Origin: Octopus bimaculoides | Lineage: Eukaryota | Assembly (NCBI RefSeq): GCF_001194135.2 | Contig: NC_068992.1 | Coordinates: 5,768,547 to 5,801,474 of the forward strand | Direction of reading: 5' to 3' | Length of the DNA stretch: 32,928 bases | The notes under the pieces: model-generated | What the model saw: only the letters and a program-made list of their open reading frames with translations | Told to the model about the DNA's origin: nothing | The model's database searches: none | Position numbers and translations under genes: made by a program | Part shown: one piece after another, positions 1 through 12,492 of the stretch | How positions within the stretch are numbered: position 1 is the first letter of the stretch | Layout: each line of letters begins with the position of its first letter

Positions 1-570
1 AAAAAAATGGTTTACATGCGCATAAATATATCTAGACGCGTGGTTAACAGAAATGTTCGTATAGTTTTACACACAATAGCAAGCAGAATTCGAATGCTTG
101 CTTTAGATTGACGCGAAGATTCATACAATTACACGTACACACGCCCACACACACATTTACTTATACCGTAACGTCATTCTTTTAAAGAAATCATTATAAA
201 CATACAGGCCAACCTTAACCATACTAACATATTATCATACATTTGCTGGTATGTTATAGGTGTATGCTATACACGTATAGACACACAGCTTCAGGTTGGA
301 TTGGGGAAGTTAGAACGATAAAGATTGGTTGATGCTAAAAGGCTTAGGAAAATCTGATTTTGAAGTAATTTTCTTCAACCTGGTGTAAATAGACCTTAAT
401 TAATGTGAACATTACCTTTTTAATTTTCTTCTCCATGCTATTGTTGCTATGCACTGCAGCTAACTATCAACTTTTCTCTTTAAGATATTTGATGCTTTAT
501 ACTTTAATGATGCCAACGACGACACTGATGGCCGTGATGATGGTCATGATGATGATGGTGGTAGTGGGGG

Positions 571-580
571 NNNNNNNNNN
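571..580. other. Assembly gap (10 N)
   Basis: Run of N within a (GAT/GGT)-rich low-complexity tract. Confidence 0.99.
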
Positions 581-1021
581 GGATGACCATCATCGTTGTC
601 GTCGTCGTCTTGTCATTGTAGAAGATGCATATCGAAGTTGATGACGACGACCATGATCTACTCAAATTATGTGAATTATGATTATTGTGGGTAACTTTAA
701 TGATTCTCGCTGCAATTATAACTAGTCTTTTTTTTTATTCTTTTTCCTGCTGGTATCGATGCAACTTTTGTTGTTCATGCCATTATTGGCGTTGCTGCCA
801 TTGCAGATATATTTATTTTATATTTGTTTTCTAATATTATTTTAGTTTTCTTGTCCTGTTTTTTTTTTGTTTTGTTTTTTTTATATTTTTGATGCATTAA
901 TTTTTTTTCCACCTAAATTCACCAGATTCGGAATTGAAATAATAAAAGTATTATATACAATACTAAAAATAGTTTATTTAAAATATTAAAAATAATATTA
1001 GAAAGGGCACGGGAAATAATG

Positions 1022-1074
<53 letters not shown>
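1022..1074. repeat. (ATA)n microsatellite
   Basis: Perfect ATA tandem array. Confidence 0.97.
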
Positions 1075-1075
<1 letters not shown>

Positions 1076-1117
1076 GATGAAGGGAAATAATGGTTATAAT
1101 AGTAATTATATTAATAA

Positions 1118-1809
1118 NNNNNNNNNNNNNNNNNNNNNNNNNNNNNNNNNNNNNNNNNNNNNNNNNNNNNNNNNNNNNNNNNNNNNNNNNNNNNNNNNNN
1201 NNNNNNNNNNNNNNNNNNNNNNNNNNNNNNNNNNNNNNNNNNNNNNNNNNNNNNNNNNNNNNNNNNNNNNNNNNNNNNNNNNNNNNNNNNNNNNNNNNNN
1301 NNNNNNNNNNNNNNNNNNNNNNNNNNNNNNNNNNNNNNNNNNNNNNNNNNNNNNNNNNNNNNNNNNNNNNNNNNNNNNNNNNNNNNNNNNNNNNNNNNNN
1401 NNNNNNNNNNNNNNNNNNNNNNNNNNNNNNNNNNNNNNNNNNNNNNNNNNNNNNNNNNNNNNNNNNNNNNNNNNNNNNNNNNNNNNNNNNNNNNNNNNNN
1501 NNNNNNNNNNNNNNNNNNNNNNNNNNNNNNNNNNNNNNNNNNNNNNNNNNNNNNNNNNNNNNNNNNNNNNNNNNNNNNNNNNNNNNNNNNNNNNNNNNNN
1601 NNNNNNNNNNNNNNNNNNNNNNNNNNNNNNNNNNNNNNNNNNNNNNNNNNNNNNNNNNNNNNNNNNNNNNNNNNNNNNNNNNNNNNNNNNNNNNNNNNNN
1701 NNNNNNNNNNNNNNNNNNNNNNNNNNNNNNNNNNNNNNNNNNNNNNNNNNNNNNNNNNNNNNNNNNNNNNNNNNNNNNNNNNNNNNNNNNNNNNNNNNNN
1801 NNNNNNNNN
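1118..1809. other. Assembly gap
   Basis: Run of N between an (ATA)-rich and a (GAA)-rich tract. It creates the spurious long ORFs at 978-2183. Confidence 0.99.
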
Positions 1810-2054
1810 GAAGAAGAAGAAGAAGAAGAAAGGAGGAGAAGAAGAAGAAGAAGAAGAAGAAGAAGAAGAAGAAGAAGGAGAAGAAGAAGGAGGAGGAGAA
1901 GAAGATGAAGAAGAAGAAGAAGAAGGAGGAGAAGAAGAATAAGAAAAAGAAGAAGGAGGAGGAGGAGGAGGAGGAGGAGAAGGAGGAGGAGAAGAAGAAG
2001 AAGAAGAAGAGGAACAACAACAACAACAAGAACGAGAACGAGAACAAGAAGAAG

Positions 2055-2085
<31 letters not shown>

Positions 2086-2106
2086 TGATGATGATGATGA
2101 TGATGA
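1810..2106. repeat. Compound purine-rich trinucleotide repeat (GAA/GGA/CAA/GAT)
   Basis: Successive GAA, GGA, CAA and GAT runs. Confidence 0.95.
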
Positions 2107-2342
2107 CAAAGAACTAGAAGAAATATTTCTTGCGTTGGCATCAAGGAAGCACCATTATTTGGACAGTCATATGCGACCCCCACCGAAAAAAAGAATTAAA
2201 GAATTCTATAAAGCAATGGCGGATTTTCATCGTGCAAAGCGTGGCGATCAACATTAACAATAAAGAAAGAATATTAACAAACAATTAGCAATGGTTGTTA
2301 AAGGAGTAAAAATTTCATTGTAAAATATAATATGCATATTCG

Positions 2343-2580
2343 TGATGATGGTGGTGATGATGATGAAGATGATGATGATGATGATGATGATGATGCCGAT
2401 GATGCTGATGACGAAGTTGATGTTGTTAGCGTGAATGATAATGATGGCAATGATGATGATGAGGATGATTACGATGACGTTGATAACAATTCATATATGA
2501 TTAATGGTGTGTATGATGATAGTGCTGGGGTTAGCTACTGATGATGATGTTGATGATGATGATGAAGATGGTGACGATGA
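2343..2580. repeat. Degenerate (GAT)n low-complexity tract
   Basis: Interrupted GAT repeats. Confidence 0.9.
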
Positions 2581-2609
2581 CGTAGATATTTACCATTAAT
2601 AAATATTCC

Positions 2610-2610
<1 letters not shown>

Positions 2611-2660
<50 letters not shown>

Positions 2661-2670
2661 CAGCAGCAGC
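2611..2670. repeat. (AGT)n + (AGC)n microsatellite
   Basis: Perfect AGT array ending in AGC units. Confidence 0.95.
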
Positions 2671-3402
2671 TCAGTTACAGTGTCACCCAGTTGTAGATTA
2701 AAGGTATTCAAAGAAATATTAGCGTTGAATCTTAATGCTCCTTCAGCGAGAACTGACCCTTTACCCGATTGGTACCTTATGTTCAAGCTAAATATATTGG
2801 GTGACTATAATTGTGCTTCCCCAACAATTCTTTCATTTATTTGCAAAGGATATGACAGAAATTGTGATTAACAAATTAACTATGAATAAATGGAATTGAA
2901 AATGAAAATTTTATCCCTTTCGATGTATATCATATCATAAACGCTTGTGTCTGAATATCAATGTACGCTTATCTGAAAAATTAAGCAATTTGAATTGGTT
3001 TAATTTTAAAGCAATTTGGGTCATGCTAAAATTAACTATCACACTTTTGGATTCCAGCCTTCATTTTAAAATAAGATCGATCTAACGTTGTAAGAAGTGA
3101 GACAAATACCTTGGATAAATTTAGTCAGAGAATCAACGGCAGATTTTGTTCTGGCTGAATGTGATGTTGTTAACAACAAAGTACAATCGAACATTGATGA
3201 CGCAAATTGTTGTTGTTGATCTTTGCAATAATAAAAATTTGAAAGGACATGCGTTAATGATGGCCAATAATTATTCTGGTTAGGAAATAGGTCGATCTGC
3301 AATAAACTGAACTTATAAAATGTTATTTATTCCAGAAAAACATTCCACTCCAGAACTGAATGTTTCACTAGAAATGTCATGGCAGTCTTGACGCCAATCA
3401 GT

Positions 3403-3467
3403 AAATATCCCATAATAATAGGATACTTCTAAAATATCCCATAATAATAGGATACTTCTAAAATATC
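3403..3467. repeat. 29-bp tandem duplication
   Basis: AAATATCCCATAATAATAGGATACTTCTA at 3403-3431 and 3432-3460, plus a partial third copy. Confidence 0.95.
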
Positions 3468-4230
3468 TTAAAGTGTTGGATAGTGATTCATTATATAAAG
3501 GCATGGTAGAATAGATAACTTAAAATTAATAATACTTTGTCACTTACGTCCTCAATGTGTACGATATGAGAAAAATCGCTTGAATTTTCATCTGTAACAG
3601 ACATAACATGGCACTGCATCATAATGGCCAGCTTGAAACTGTGCTTTTGAAAGTCTACGTAGAAGGGAAGCAATTGCGATCATGTAGAAAACACATTTGT
3701 TTTTATTTATAAAATTGAAATAGACACCAGTCCCATTTATGAAGAGAATATGACGAAAATATTGTAACGAGCAGGAAGAAATGGATATATAATTGGGTTA
3801 ATGAAGATTTCTTTCAATCTCTATAAACATTTGATGCACTTAACGCATTTTTGATTTTTCAAGTAGGAGTATCACTGAAAATATAACTTCATTGAATGAA
3901 TGTTCATCACTTTGACAGAAGCAAGCTGTGCTTCCCATTTCAATTTTGAATCCATAAATGAAGTACGCTCTCCACGAAAATAATATCGCCTCTCAAATGT
4001 TGTTTTCGACATCAAGCATGAGAACATTCAGGGATAGAAGCAGCCTCTGGTAAAATAAAGAAATGACCACAGGCTTCAAACTAACGGAGATTACTGGACA
4101 AAGAACAGTTACCTGGCAAATTTGTCCTTTTTTTTCTAGTCTATTTTCCCAACATTTATCGAAGTTTGGGGGACATTATTCTACAGTAACGTACTTTGAT
4201 ATACAAATTAAGTCATGTATGAAGAAGAGT

Positions 4231-4372
4231 AAAAGAGAGAGAGACAGACAGACAGACAGAGACAGACAGATAGACAGAGACAGACAGACAGACAGAGACA
4301 GACAGACAGACAGAGACAGACAGGCAGGCAGGCAGGCAGGCAGGCAGACAGGGACAGATAGGGAGAGACAGG
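4231..4372. repeat. Compound (GA)/(GACA)/(GGCA) microsatellite
   Basis: Tandem GACA and GAGACAGACA units, then GGCA units. Confidence 0.95.
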
Positions 4373-5641
4373 GGGAGAAAGTCAGCGATCTCTCAAGAAA
4401 ATATAATTAATATGATTATATTTCAATATGAATATTTTTGTGTTCAGAAAAAACTTCTATTTTGATTATTTTTCGTCACTTGTTTCCATTTTTTATGAGG
4501 GATGTTCATTGTATTTTGAGAGGAAGACAACTTATATATTCAAGGTTGTTGATTTCGAGTGAAGAAAATAATAAATCATTAAACAGAATAATATTAATGA
4601 AAGAGAAAATCGAAGGGAACCAGGATGTACCTTTTCTTTATGCTTTCGATTTCCATCGGATGTTGATTTCCTGTTAAATGAAAAGATCTCTCCGAGGTTT
4701 TCCGAAGCTTAAATGTGAAAATTATTTATTCAATAATTTCAGTGCAAACAGATTACACCGTGATCATAATTACAATCTCCACAATTATTAACAGGCTTAA
4801 AAATTTCATATGATTAAAAAAAAAATGGCGTACTGCAATTTTGCTATCAGACCCACTCCCATGGTAGAAATACACTCACTTACACGAGCACGCACATACA
4901 TAAAAATAAACAAACACGCACGCGCGCACGTATGTCTTTCTCTTTTTACTATTAAATGTAATATGTGTGTATAAATATATGCGTGTTTGTGTAATCATGT
5001 GCACACTGATATTTGAAAGAGTAAATGTATGAGTTTGTATGGAAACGAGCACACATGTGTGCAACATGTATGTTCTAATACATCCCATCTCAGCTTATAT
5101 TTTACTCTATGCAATGTTATCCATCCAAATAAATTAATTTTGTTGAGGCAATTTTCGATTATAAGAAATATCAAATATCAGAGGTAATGTGTAAGAATAA
5201 TCTACTTTTCGAATGGAATTATGCAAAGCCATGGCCTGGAAGGAATACCTTCTGAATGGCTCTCAGATGGAATACTGTTTACTGTCTTGATAGTGGTTCG
5301 TTGCATAAGGTCGTGCTGGATAATATTCGCAGGGAGGATGATGGGTGCACAGGATTATCGTGGCTGGTAAATATTTAGTCACATCATTCGGGAAAGAAAG
5401 CTCACTACTTCGAAGCAATAAACACATAGTGTTTGAAATGAACACATACCTTAGAAACTGTAACAGGGTTCTCCGGCATCATGACAGTAGATCCTAATGT
5501 AAAGGTCGTGCGAAAATCCACACGCTTAGGCAATATGATATCTAATATAAGCAACCCAGATTGGAAGACTTATCAGATATGTTTTCATATAATTAAAAGC
5601 GTGTGCATGCTTATGTATATATCAATATATAAATACTTCGT

Positions 5642-5644
<3 letters not shown>

Positions 5645-5687
<43 letters not shown>
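5645..5687. repeat. (TA)n microsatellite
   Basis: TA array. Confidence 0.95.
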
Positions 5688-5693
<6 letters not shown>

Positions 5694-6527
5694 CATACGG
5701 TGTGTTTGTATGTAAATATACTTATATGCATGGATATACCTATTTTCAATGTCATTCCTTAAGTTTCAATGATGTTCAATTATACGCATCCGTTCAATGG
5801 AACGATTGAATGAACCTATCACTGACGAAATTATAAGGAATACTGGAAACAACTTTACTACAATAAATATGACTCACCATTATTTATGCCTTGTCTTATA
5901 CATATGTGTGTATGTGTATATGTGTGTGTATGCGTGTATGTGTGTTTGTGTGTGTATTTATACTTCCCAGTTGGCATATATATATCAAACGGTACATGAG
6001 TTTTGCAAATTTGTGAAATAATTCTATTTTTAGAATAATGTTTCTGGAAGTAGATCAGATACAGATGAAATCGAAAGCTACCTTCGTATATTTCTACCCA
6101 ACCCTCATTCTATTGCTTAATTTTGCTGGTATTGTTTGCTATGTAGCGCTGAGAACAAGTACAGTTAGAAAGAGACACACAGACATATACATATATACAT
6201 GACCCCCCCCCCCAGTTTGTTTATTTATACGAGGAGACAATGTATATATTTAAATTTACCAAAGTAAACACTAAACGCGTTTCATCATTAAATCTAATTC
6301 ATTGTTTTAATCTCCATTTTTAAAAAGTGTTTGTACGTTTACCATTATTAATTAATTAGTTTTCTCTGGGAGTGAAACAAGAACTGAATAGTTATGTTTG
6401 GCGGTAAATCAAAAGTGTTGATAACAAATTACAGGAAAGCAGATCAGTATTTTGCCAGTTTTCCTAATTGAAACTAATCAACAGACAATAATATTTGTGT
6501 TTAGATGTAAATCATTCCAAGGTATGT

Positions 6528-6529
6528 GG

Positions 6530-6574
<45 letters not shown>

Positions 6575-6580
6575 TGTGTT
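6528..6580. repeat. (GT)/(GC) mixed alternating purine-pyrimidine tract
   Basis: GTGCGT/GCGC/GTGT units. Confidence 0.9.
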
Positions 6581-6984
6581 TGAATGCACTCACACATACG
6601 CACACATATTTTGCCATTTTTTTTATATGCGCATATATATTTGTAGGTGAGAGAAGTAAAAAACAATCAGTGTGGTGTTGATAGTAGCATAGGTTGATTC
6701 ATGCATTCATTAACATAGTTCTTTTAGTCACTGCCGTGATAAAAACAATAGCTCTACTCATACGACCGCGAGCACGCTCTTTCTCACATGCAAGTGCACT
6801 TACCTAAATACACACACATATACGTTTGCTTTCTCTTAGTCAGTCTCTTGGTAAATTGATAGAGTATCTAAAGTGCAGTTTAGAATGCTTCGAAATTGTT
6901 GCTCCAACTGTAACTTTTGTAATTATCATTTATCTTCATGAAATTTTCCAATCTGGAGGATCTAGATTAAGAAACTACGAAAAT

Positions 6985-7065
6985 CTGAGCGGGTCCCTTG
7001 CGATATTTCATTTCATACATTTGGTTTCTGCGTTCAAGTCCCGACATAGATTACTTTATTTGCAG
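6985..7065 (+). mobile_element. Highly decayed tRNA-derived SINE head fragment
   Basis: TTCTGCGTTCAAGTCCCGAC resembles the B-box region of the SINE at 12126-12356 (TTCAGAGTTCAAATTCCGCC on the minus strand). Flanking similarity is weak. Confidence 0.35.
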
Positions 7066-7260
7066 CCTTAAACTCTCAACCGTTTTAACACCACTACTTT
7101 GCAACTTTTGTGACTCCAGTGCACATTTCGTTCTTGCTAGCATTTAAGTATGGTTTCTCATTTCCAAAACCCCTTCCCAGTTAAAATTTCTTAGAAATGA
7201 CAATTGGCATCGTGTTAACCCTTGATTAAAAAGGAAGAATATATATATAAAATATATATT

Positions 7261-7475
7261 CTTTTTATTCTTTTTATTCTTTTATTCTTTTACTAGATTG
7301 AGTCAAGTGGCTGCGGCCATGCTGAAGCACCGCCTCTTCAGTCGAAGAAATCGTGCTTCTTTCAGTCTCAGTCTACCAAATCCACTCACAAGCATTTGGT
7401 CGGCCCGAGCTTATACCAGATTACACTTGCCGAATTTGTGGTTGGGAAGCAAATTTCTTACTTCACTGCCACGCC
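7261..7475 (-). mobile_element. tRNA-derived SINE, internally deleted and apparently chimeric
   Basis: The minus strand reads GGCGTGGCAGTGAAGTAAGAAATTTGCTTCCCAACCACA...GGCAAGTG...CTCGGGCCGACCAAATGCTTGTGAGTGGATTTGGTAGACTGAGACTGAAAGAAGC, colinear with the SINE at 32768-32928. It is followed by GGCGGTGCTTCAGCATGGCCGCAG and an (AAAAGAAT)n-like tail. Confidence 0.85.
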
Positions 7476-10400
7476 TGATCCTATATTCAGTATTTGTCAC
7501 AACAATAAATGAAGTATATGGAAAGGAAAAGTTGTAGGTGTAGCAGAACTTTAATTCATAATCCAGATTGGTATCGAACAAATATACATACAACAAATTG
7601 TTTCGGAATCTAATTCCAAAGACAAAATCTCTTCATGGATTAAGAAGTAGATTCTTCATCAGGAATTACATATTGGTATGAATAATTACGACCAACAAAA
7701 TTGTACAAAGAACTTTTATACCCCAGACGGGAACGAACAAATGATAAGAGTTTGAAAGATAACTGGAAGGAAAATATATATAAAACACCACTCCGGCGAT
7801 TTATTAACATTACAATTCACGATATGTTAATATCTAGTATAGACAAATAAATTAAATGAAACAAAAATTAACTACAAATATAATTGTGTTATCTAATCAA
7901 AAATTAAAAATTAATAACTACAAGCCGATATATTATCCACTAAAAAGTAATAAATGTCCAACTTCGAAGTCAATAATATGATAATATCAAACGGAAATAA
8001 AAAGAAAAAGAAAAAGCAATTCTTTTTTTTTTTTTTAATTTTTAGAAAATAGACATCTACAAGTAAAGCAGCAGAACGGAGACAGAGAAAGAGTAGTATC
8101 TGTGAAGAGAGAGGAGAGAAAATAGTAATACAGTGAAGGAGAGGTACAGAGAGTAATAGGTATAACTGAAAGAGTGAGAGAAAGTAATAACCGTTTGAGA
8201 AAGAAGAGCGCAGAGTGTATCTTCTGTTCTCAACATATAAATGAGAAGGGAAGGGACAAATAAAATTTAAAAAACGGCCATTCAACTCTATATATGTGAT
8301 TATGTATTGGAAACGTACAACTTTGAAAAACAAAAACTGACATAATTCCAATTCTGTTTGAGTATATGTGTATATGTGTGTGTTTGAGAAATATGTGAAG
8401 TGAATGCTTACTTCATTTTCTACCTCGTTTAATTAATAAGGTGCCATCAATTATAAACGGATCGGGATCAGCTAATAAATAACTATATAGAAATATCGAA
8501 ATGCTAGTAACATAATTAAATAAATTAAATATAAAAATCGACCGTCTCACAATTACAGATGAACTTAAATTGATATACTCACAATATCTTAGAGGTTAAA
8601 TTAAAAATTAAATTTTTTTTTTTTTAAATCTGAAAGATCATTATTTTTTTTTAATTTAAAAGAAAACAATGCGAGAGGAATCAACTTGAGTAGTAAATAT
8701 AATGCGTGAAACCGAAATTATGAAACTCTCAAAAACCACTAAATCAAAATAAAACCAGATAGAAGTAAACACATATAGTAGACATCTTTAATTAATATTT
8801 ATCAAACACACATTTATTCTTATGAACACAGGAAAAAACACTTTCAGAATTTAGAGTTTAACAGCCTGCTTCTAGAAAATATAATGGAAAATAATTCCTG
8901 AGAACAAAAAGAGCAGAGCCTACTGCCATTCCTATAAGCCGGAGCCCTCTCCAAAATGCTCCTTCAATAAAGTACTTTTATCTTTAGGATTCCAGATGAA
9001 ATTACTTAGACTTGTAGAAGAAGTCCTATTTAGTTCCTAAAGGAATGGCAATGATTCGAAATCCTGTTCTTAATATAATTAGCAGAAGAACGAATATAAA
9101 AGTAATGATTACCTTCAGATATAACTTTAGCTCGATTGACGACTTCCCTACGCTTACAAAAATTACCTAATAAACATTTTTCTTTGTTTCTCTAATCACA
9201 AAGGAAGTTCTCACTCTTTCTTGCACCTTCAACAACTGAATTATCATTAAGGAAAAAGCTATAGCCTCCACTATTATTGAATCTGATATTAGACATAAAA
9301 CCATGGCTACGTATAGAAGTATGAAAGCTACACGTTCTTCCACTCACAAAACCTGTGTTGTCTTTAATTTCTTAACATGACATAACTAGTTTACGTGATA
9401 AGATCTTTACAAAAACGTAGCATCGTATTATGTTAATAAAGGTTATTGAATTTTTGTTTTCCGAATTCGGAGTCTAAATAGATTTGAATGTGTATTAACC
9501 ATTTAATAGCTTGATTATAATGATAATATTTTTATATACAAAATGTATCATTTAGGTTTAGAGCAACGCCGGGTACTTGTGCTCTTGTGTAATAATATTA
9601 CTATTAAAGCACTGATTGAAGTCTTATCATTGCTTCCAAGAATTGCTATCGCATCATAAAAAATTCAAAACTCAAGTATATCTCTGACAACTTACCAGTT
9701 TAACTTATTTTTACAAATTCAATTAACTTAGCTGAATCCTTGCCAAACAGAGAACGTCATTAGCGTATTGAGGCATTTCACGTTTTTTTTTCTCTCCTCT
9801 GTTCTCCTTTAAAATTCTGATTGAAAAAATATTACGACAAAACATTTCGAAGCAAGGGTATTTTGAGAAGAACAGTAAGGTGATATAAAATGTTACAGCG
9901 ACGAATTCATTTTTGTCCCTTTAATTATTTATATTTATTCTATTGGAGTTTAGATTATATGATTTTAAACTATAACGTCATTTCCAGAAGATTGATGATG
10001 GACTAATCATCGGTTCACCATATTTAAGTGGGCGAAAATGAACGGCGCTTATCTGTAAATTAGCGCAGAAGATAATAATATTCATGCAATTTGAATTCGA
10101 AATCACAGATTCACATCATTCTACGTAATACATCGACTAAACATACACCCGAGAACAGGCACACACTCCTGCACACTACACACAAAGATACTCCTCACAC
10201 ACTACAAGAAATAATTTATATAAAGGTTGAGGTAGACAAACGTACTAAGCATTTGAAATGCAGATCCAAAGAAAATGGAAAAAGTTTATCTATTGTCTCT
10301 AAAAATATATTAAATTACAGATGTAAATCAGGAAAAGAAAATTATATATACCTGAGTAGAATAGTTTATATGGAAGCGAAAGAGACAGTGTGAGAGAATT

Positions 10401-11012
10401 AGAGAGAGTGAGAGAAAAAGAGACGCAGAGAAAGAAAGACATACAGTGAGTGAAACAGAAATCAAAGAAGACGCTCAGGCATGCAGACAGAGGGAAAGGC
10501 GGAAAAAAAAAACAGATGGAAACAGTGAGAGACAATGAATGTTGAAATGAAAGTTTAATTTCATGATTAATTCCACAACGGAAATCAATTGATTCCTTTA
10601 TCTCTTCGTAATGATCTTTCTCGTGCAAGAATTTATATACATTTCAGATAATTTACTCATGTTCTACAAATGTATCAACTTACCTTAGTTGACTCAAATG
10701 TTGCAATTGTTACACATAATCTCATTCAATCATTTGCAAAATTATTCACTACAAGAACTTTTAAAACATTATTATGCCAAATAAAATATCATAAAATAAT
10801 GGGGGATTTTCCATCAACTACGATTTAAATATAAAGAAGATAGAAATAAAACGTCTTTTTTTAATGATTTCCTAGCTTTAAAGTACCATCGGGCAATGGA
10901 CACGACTATATATTTATCCAAATTTCTCCCTAAACCTTAATATTTCAGTATTAAACACATAGGTATACATTAGACAATATTGTCCCTGTTGTTTTTTCTC
11001 CATTCACCTATC

Positions 11013-11053
<41 letters not shown>

Positions 11054-11063
11054 NNNNNNNNNN
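11054..11063. other. Assembly gap flanked by (TA)n and (TG)n
   Basis: 10 N between microsatellites. Confidence 0.99.
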
Positions 11064-12022
11064 TGTGTGTGTTTGTGTAAGGGAGTGTGTGCGTGAGAGA
11101 GAGAGAGAGAAACTGAGAGAAAGAGACATGCATACATCTATATAATGTGTATATCTATGTGTAAGTATGCTTGGTAGTTCGCCGTTAATACAATTTTCAG
11201 TTTTATGATTTGAGAGAATTTTAACACTGTGATCAATTGATAGAATTCTTTGGTACAGGACATCGCAATGTTATGGCTTTTGGCATCGTCATTTCATTTA
11301 TTTGCAGCCAGTTGGCTTCAATTTCTATATGCTTCTCTCTTCGGAAAATTTGAGCGTTTCAAGATTATGGTAGTTGCAAATTCACAAAGGATTCCACACT
11401 AAATTCATATTTTCTCCAACCTGATTAATGATACTACTAAACTTCATGTAAAGTATGTCTAAGAAATGTAATAAATAAATTGTCCATTATAGTTTTTGTT
11501 GTTGTTTAAACTTGAGTCAATCTCGATTAAGTAACAGCTGCCATAGAAAACCCACATCTTTTTAGGCGTTATCCATTATTACATTATCTAAAGTGCTCTT
11601 TCCTGGAAATTTAGAGGCTGATTTGAGTGATGTTTGTTTCCTATTTCTAGGAGGCTACATGACAAGTTCCTATTCCGTAGTTGGCACAATGTAAAAGGCA
11701 CATGAATAACTTTATTTTTGCCTTTTGGATCGTTAGTTTGTTTCACCTCTCGATACGAAGCAATGAAGACACTGAAATGTGTTTCTTCGACTCTTGATTC
11801 TGCTGTTTGTGATTCTTTCTCCATGTCAACACTCACTGAAAATACTTATTGTGTTGCATTTCAAACCTAGCGATAATGCATTCTTTAGGGGTTTATTTTC
11901 ATACTCGGACACCACCTTCATCCATATAGGGCGAACGATTAAACGTCGGTAATTTTTCTAATCACTAATTAACGAAGATGAAATCATGGCAACACCGATT
12001 GTAACGCGATGGTAGAGGAAAA

Positions 12023-12492
12023 ACACACACATAGACACAAACATACGCACACTTACACACGCATATGCATAGGCACCTTCGCACGCACACATACACACAT
12101 ATACACACCGGGCGCCTTTCAGTTTTTTATTTCTTTATTGGCCACAGGGGGCTAAACACAGAGGGGACAGACAAGGACAGATAAAGGGATTTTAAGTCGA
12201 TTACATCGGCCCCAGTGCATAATTGGTACTTAATTAATCGACACCGAAAGGATGAAAGGCAAAGTCGACCTCGGCGGAATTTGAACTCTGAACGTAACGC
12301 AGACGACATACCGCTAAGCATTTCGCCCGGCGTGCTAACGTTTCTGCCGGCTCGCCTTTCAGTTTCCGTTCACTAAATTTACTCCCAATGCTGTAGTTGG
12401 CCCGAAACTTTAGAAGATGAGACTCGCCCAAGGTTGCAGGCTGTGGGACTGAACGAGGAGGCACGTGGTTTGAAAGCAAGCTATTCACCACA
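12023..12492 (-). mobile_element. Older tRNA-derived SINE (same family as 32768-32928), interrupted by a nested SINE
   Basis: Minus strand of 12492-12353 reads TGTGGTGAATAGCTTGCTTTCAAACCACGTG...GTTCAGTCCCACAGCCTGCAACCTTGGGCGAGT...GGGCCAAC...GGGAGTAAATTTAGTGAACGGAAACTGAAAGGCG. It resumes below 12125 with CCCGG and a (TG/TATG)-rich tail. Confidence 0.8.
12126..12356 (-). mobile_element. Younger tRNA-derived SINE with a MetaSINE-like central domain, flanked by a 13-bp TSD
   Basis: The minus strand has an A-box-like CGGCAGAAACGTTAG, a B-box GAGTTCAAATTCC, a central GACTTTGCCTTTCATCCTTTCGGTGTCGATTAATTAAGTACCA and an A-rich tail. The direct repeat CGCCTTTCAGTTT lies at 12113-12125 and 12353-12365. 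The Meta-domain assignment is from recall. Confidence 0.9.

Noticed and set aside
78-102. AGCAAGCA/TGCTTGCT 8-bp hairpin
   Set aside because: A stem this short is expected by chance in 33 kb.
978-2183. Five long ORFs (272-401 aa) on both strands
   Set aside because: They consist of N-runs and trinucleotide repeats (poly-L/S/K/E/R), so they are artefacts of the gap and microsatellites.
2535-2871. Overlapping ORFs (GSVLAEGALRFNANISLNTFNL on minus; ARTDPLPDWYLMF on plus)
   Set aside because: Short, with no recognisable domain and weak splice sites. The minus ORF runs into a (CTA)n repeat.
3403-3467. Short direct repeats (also 26298-26334 and 32529-32567) as possible CRISPR arrays
   Set aside because: They are head-to-tail with no unique spacers, have only 2-3 copies, lie in a eukaryotic context and have no cas genes.
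7911-8351. 146-aa minus-strand ORF
   Set aside because: It is the antisense of a GA/A-rich low-complexity tract, giving F/L/I-rich filler with no domain.
11588-11836. 82-aa minus-strand ORF (MEKESQTAESRVEETHFSVF...)
   Set aside because: It has a plausible acceptor but a weak donor and no homology, so it is indistinguishable from background.
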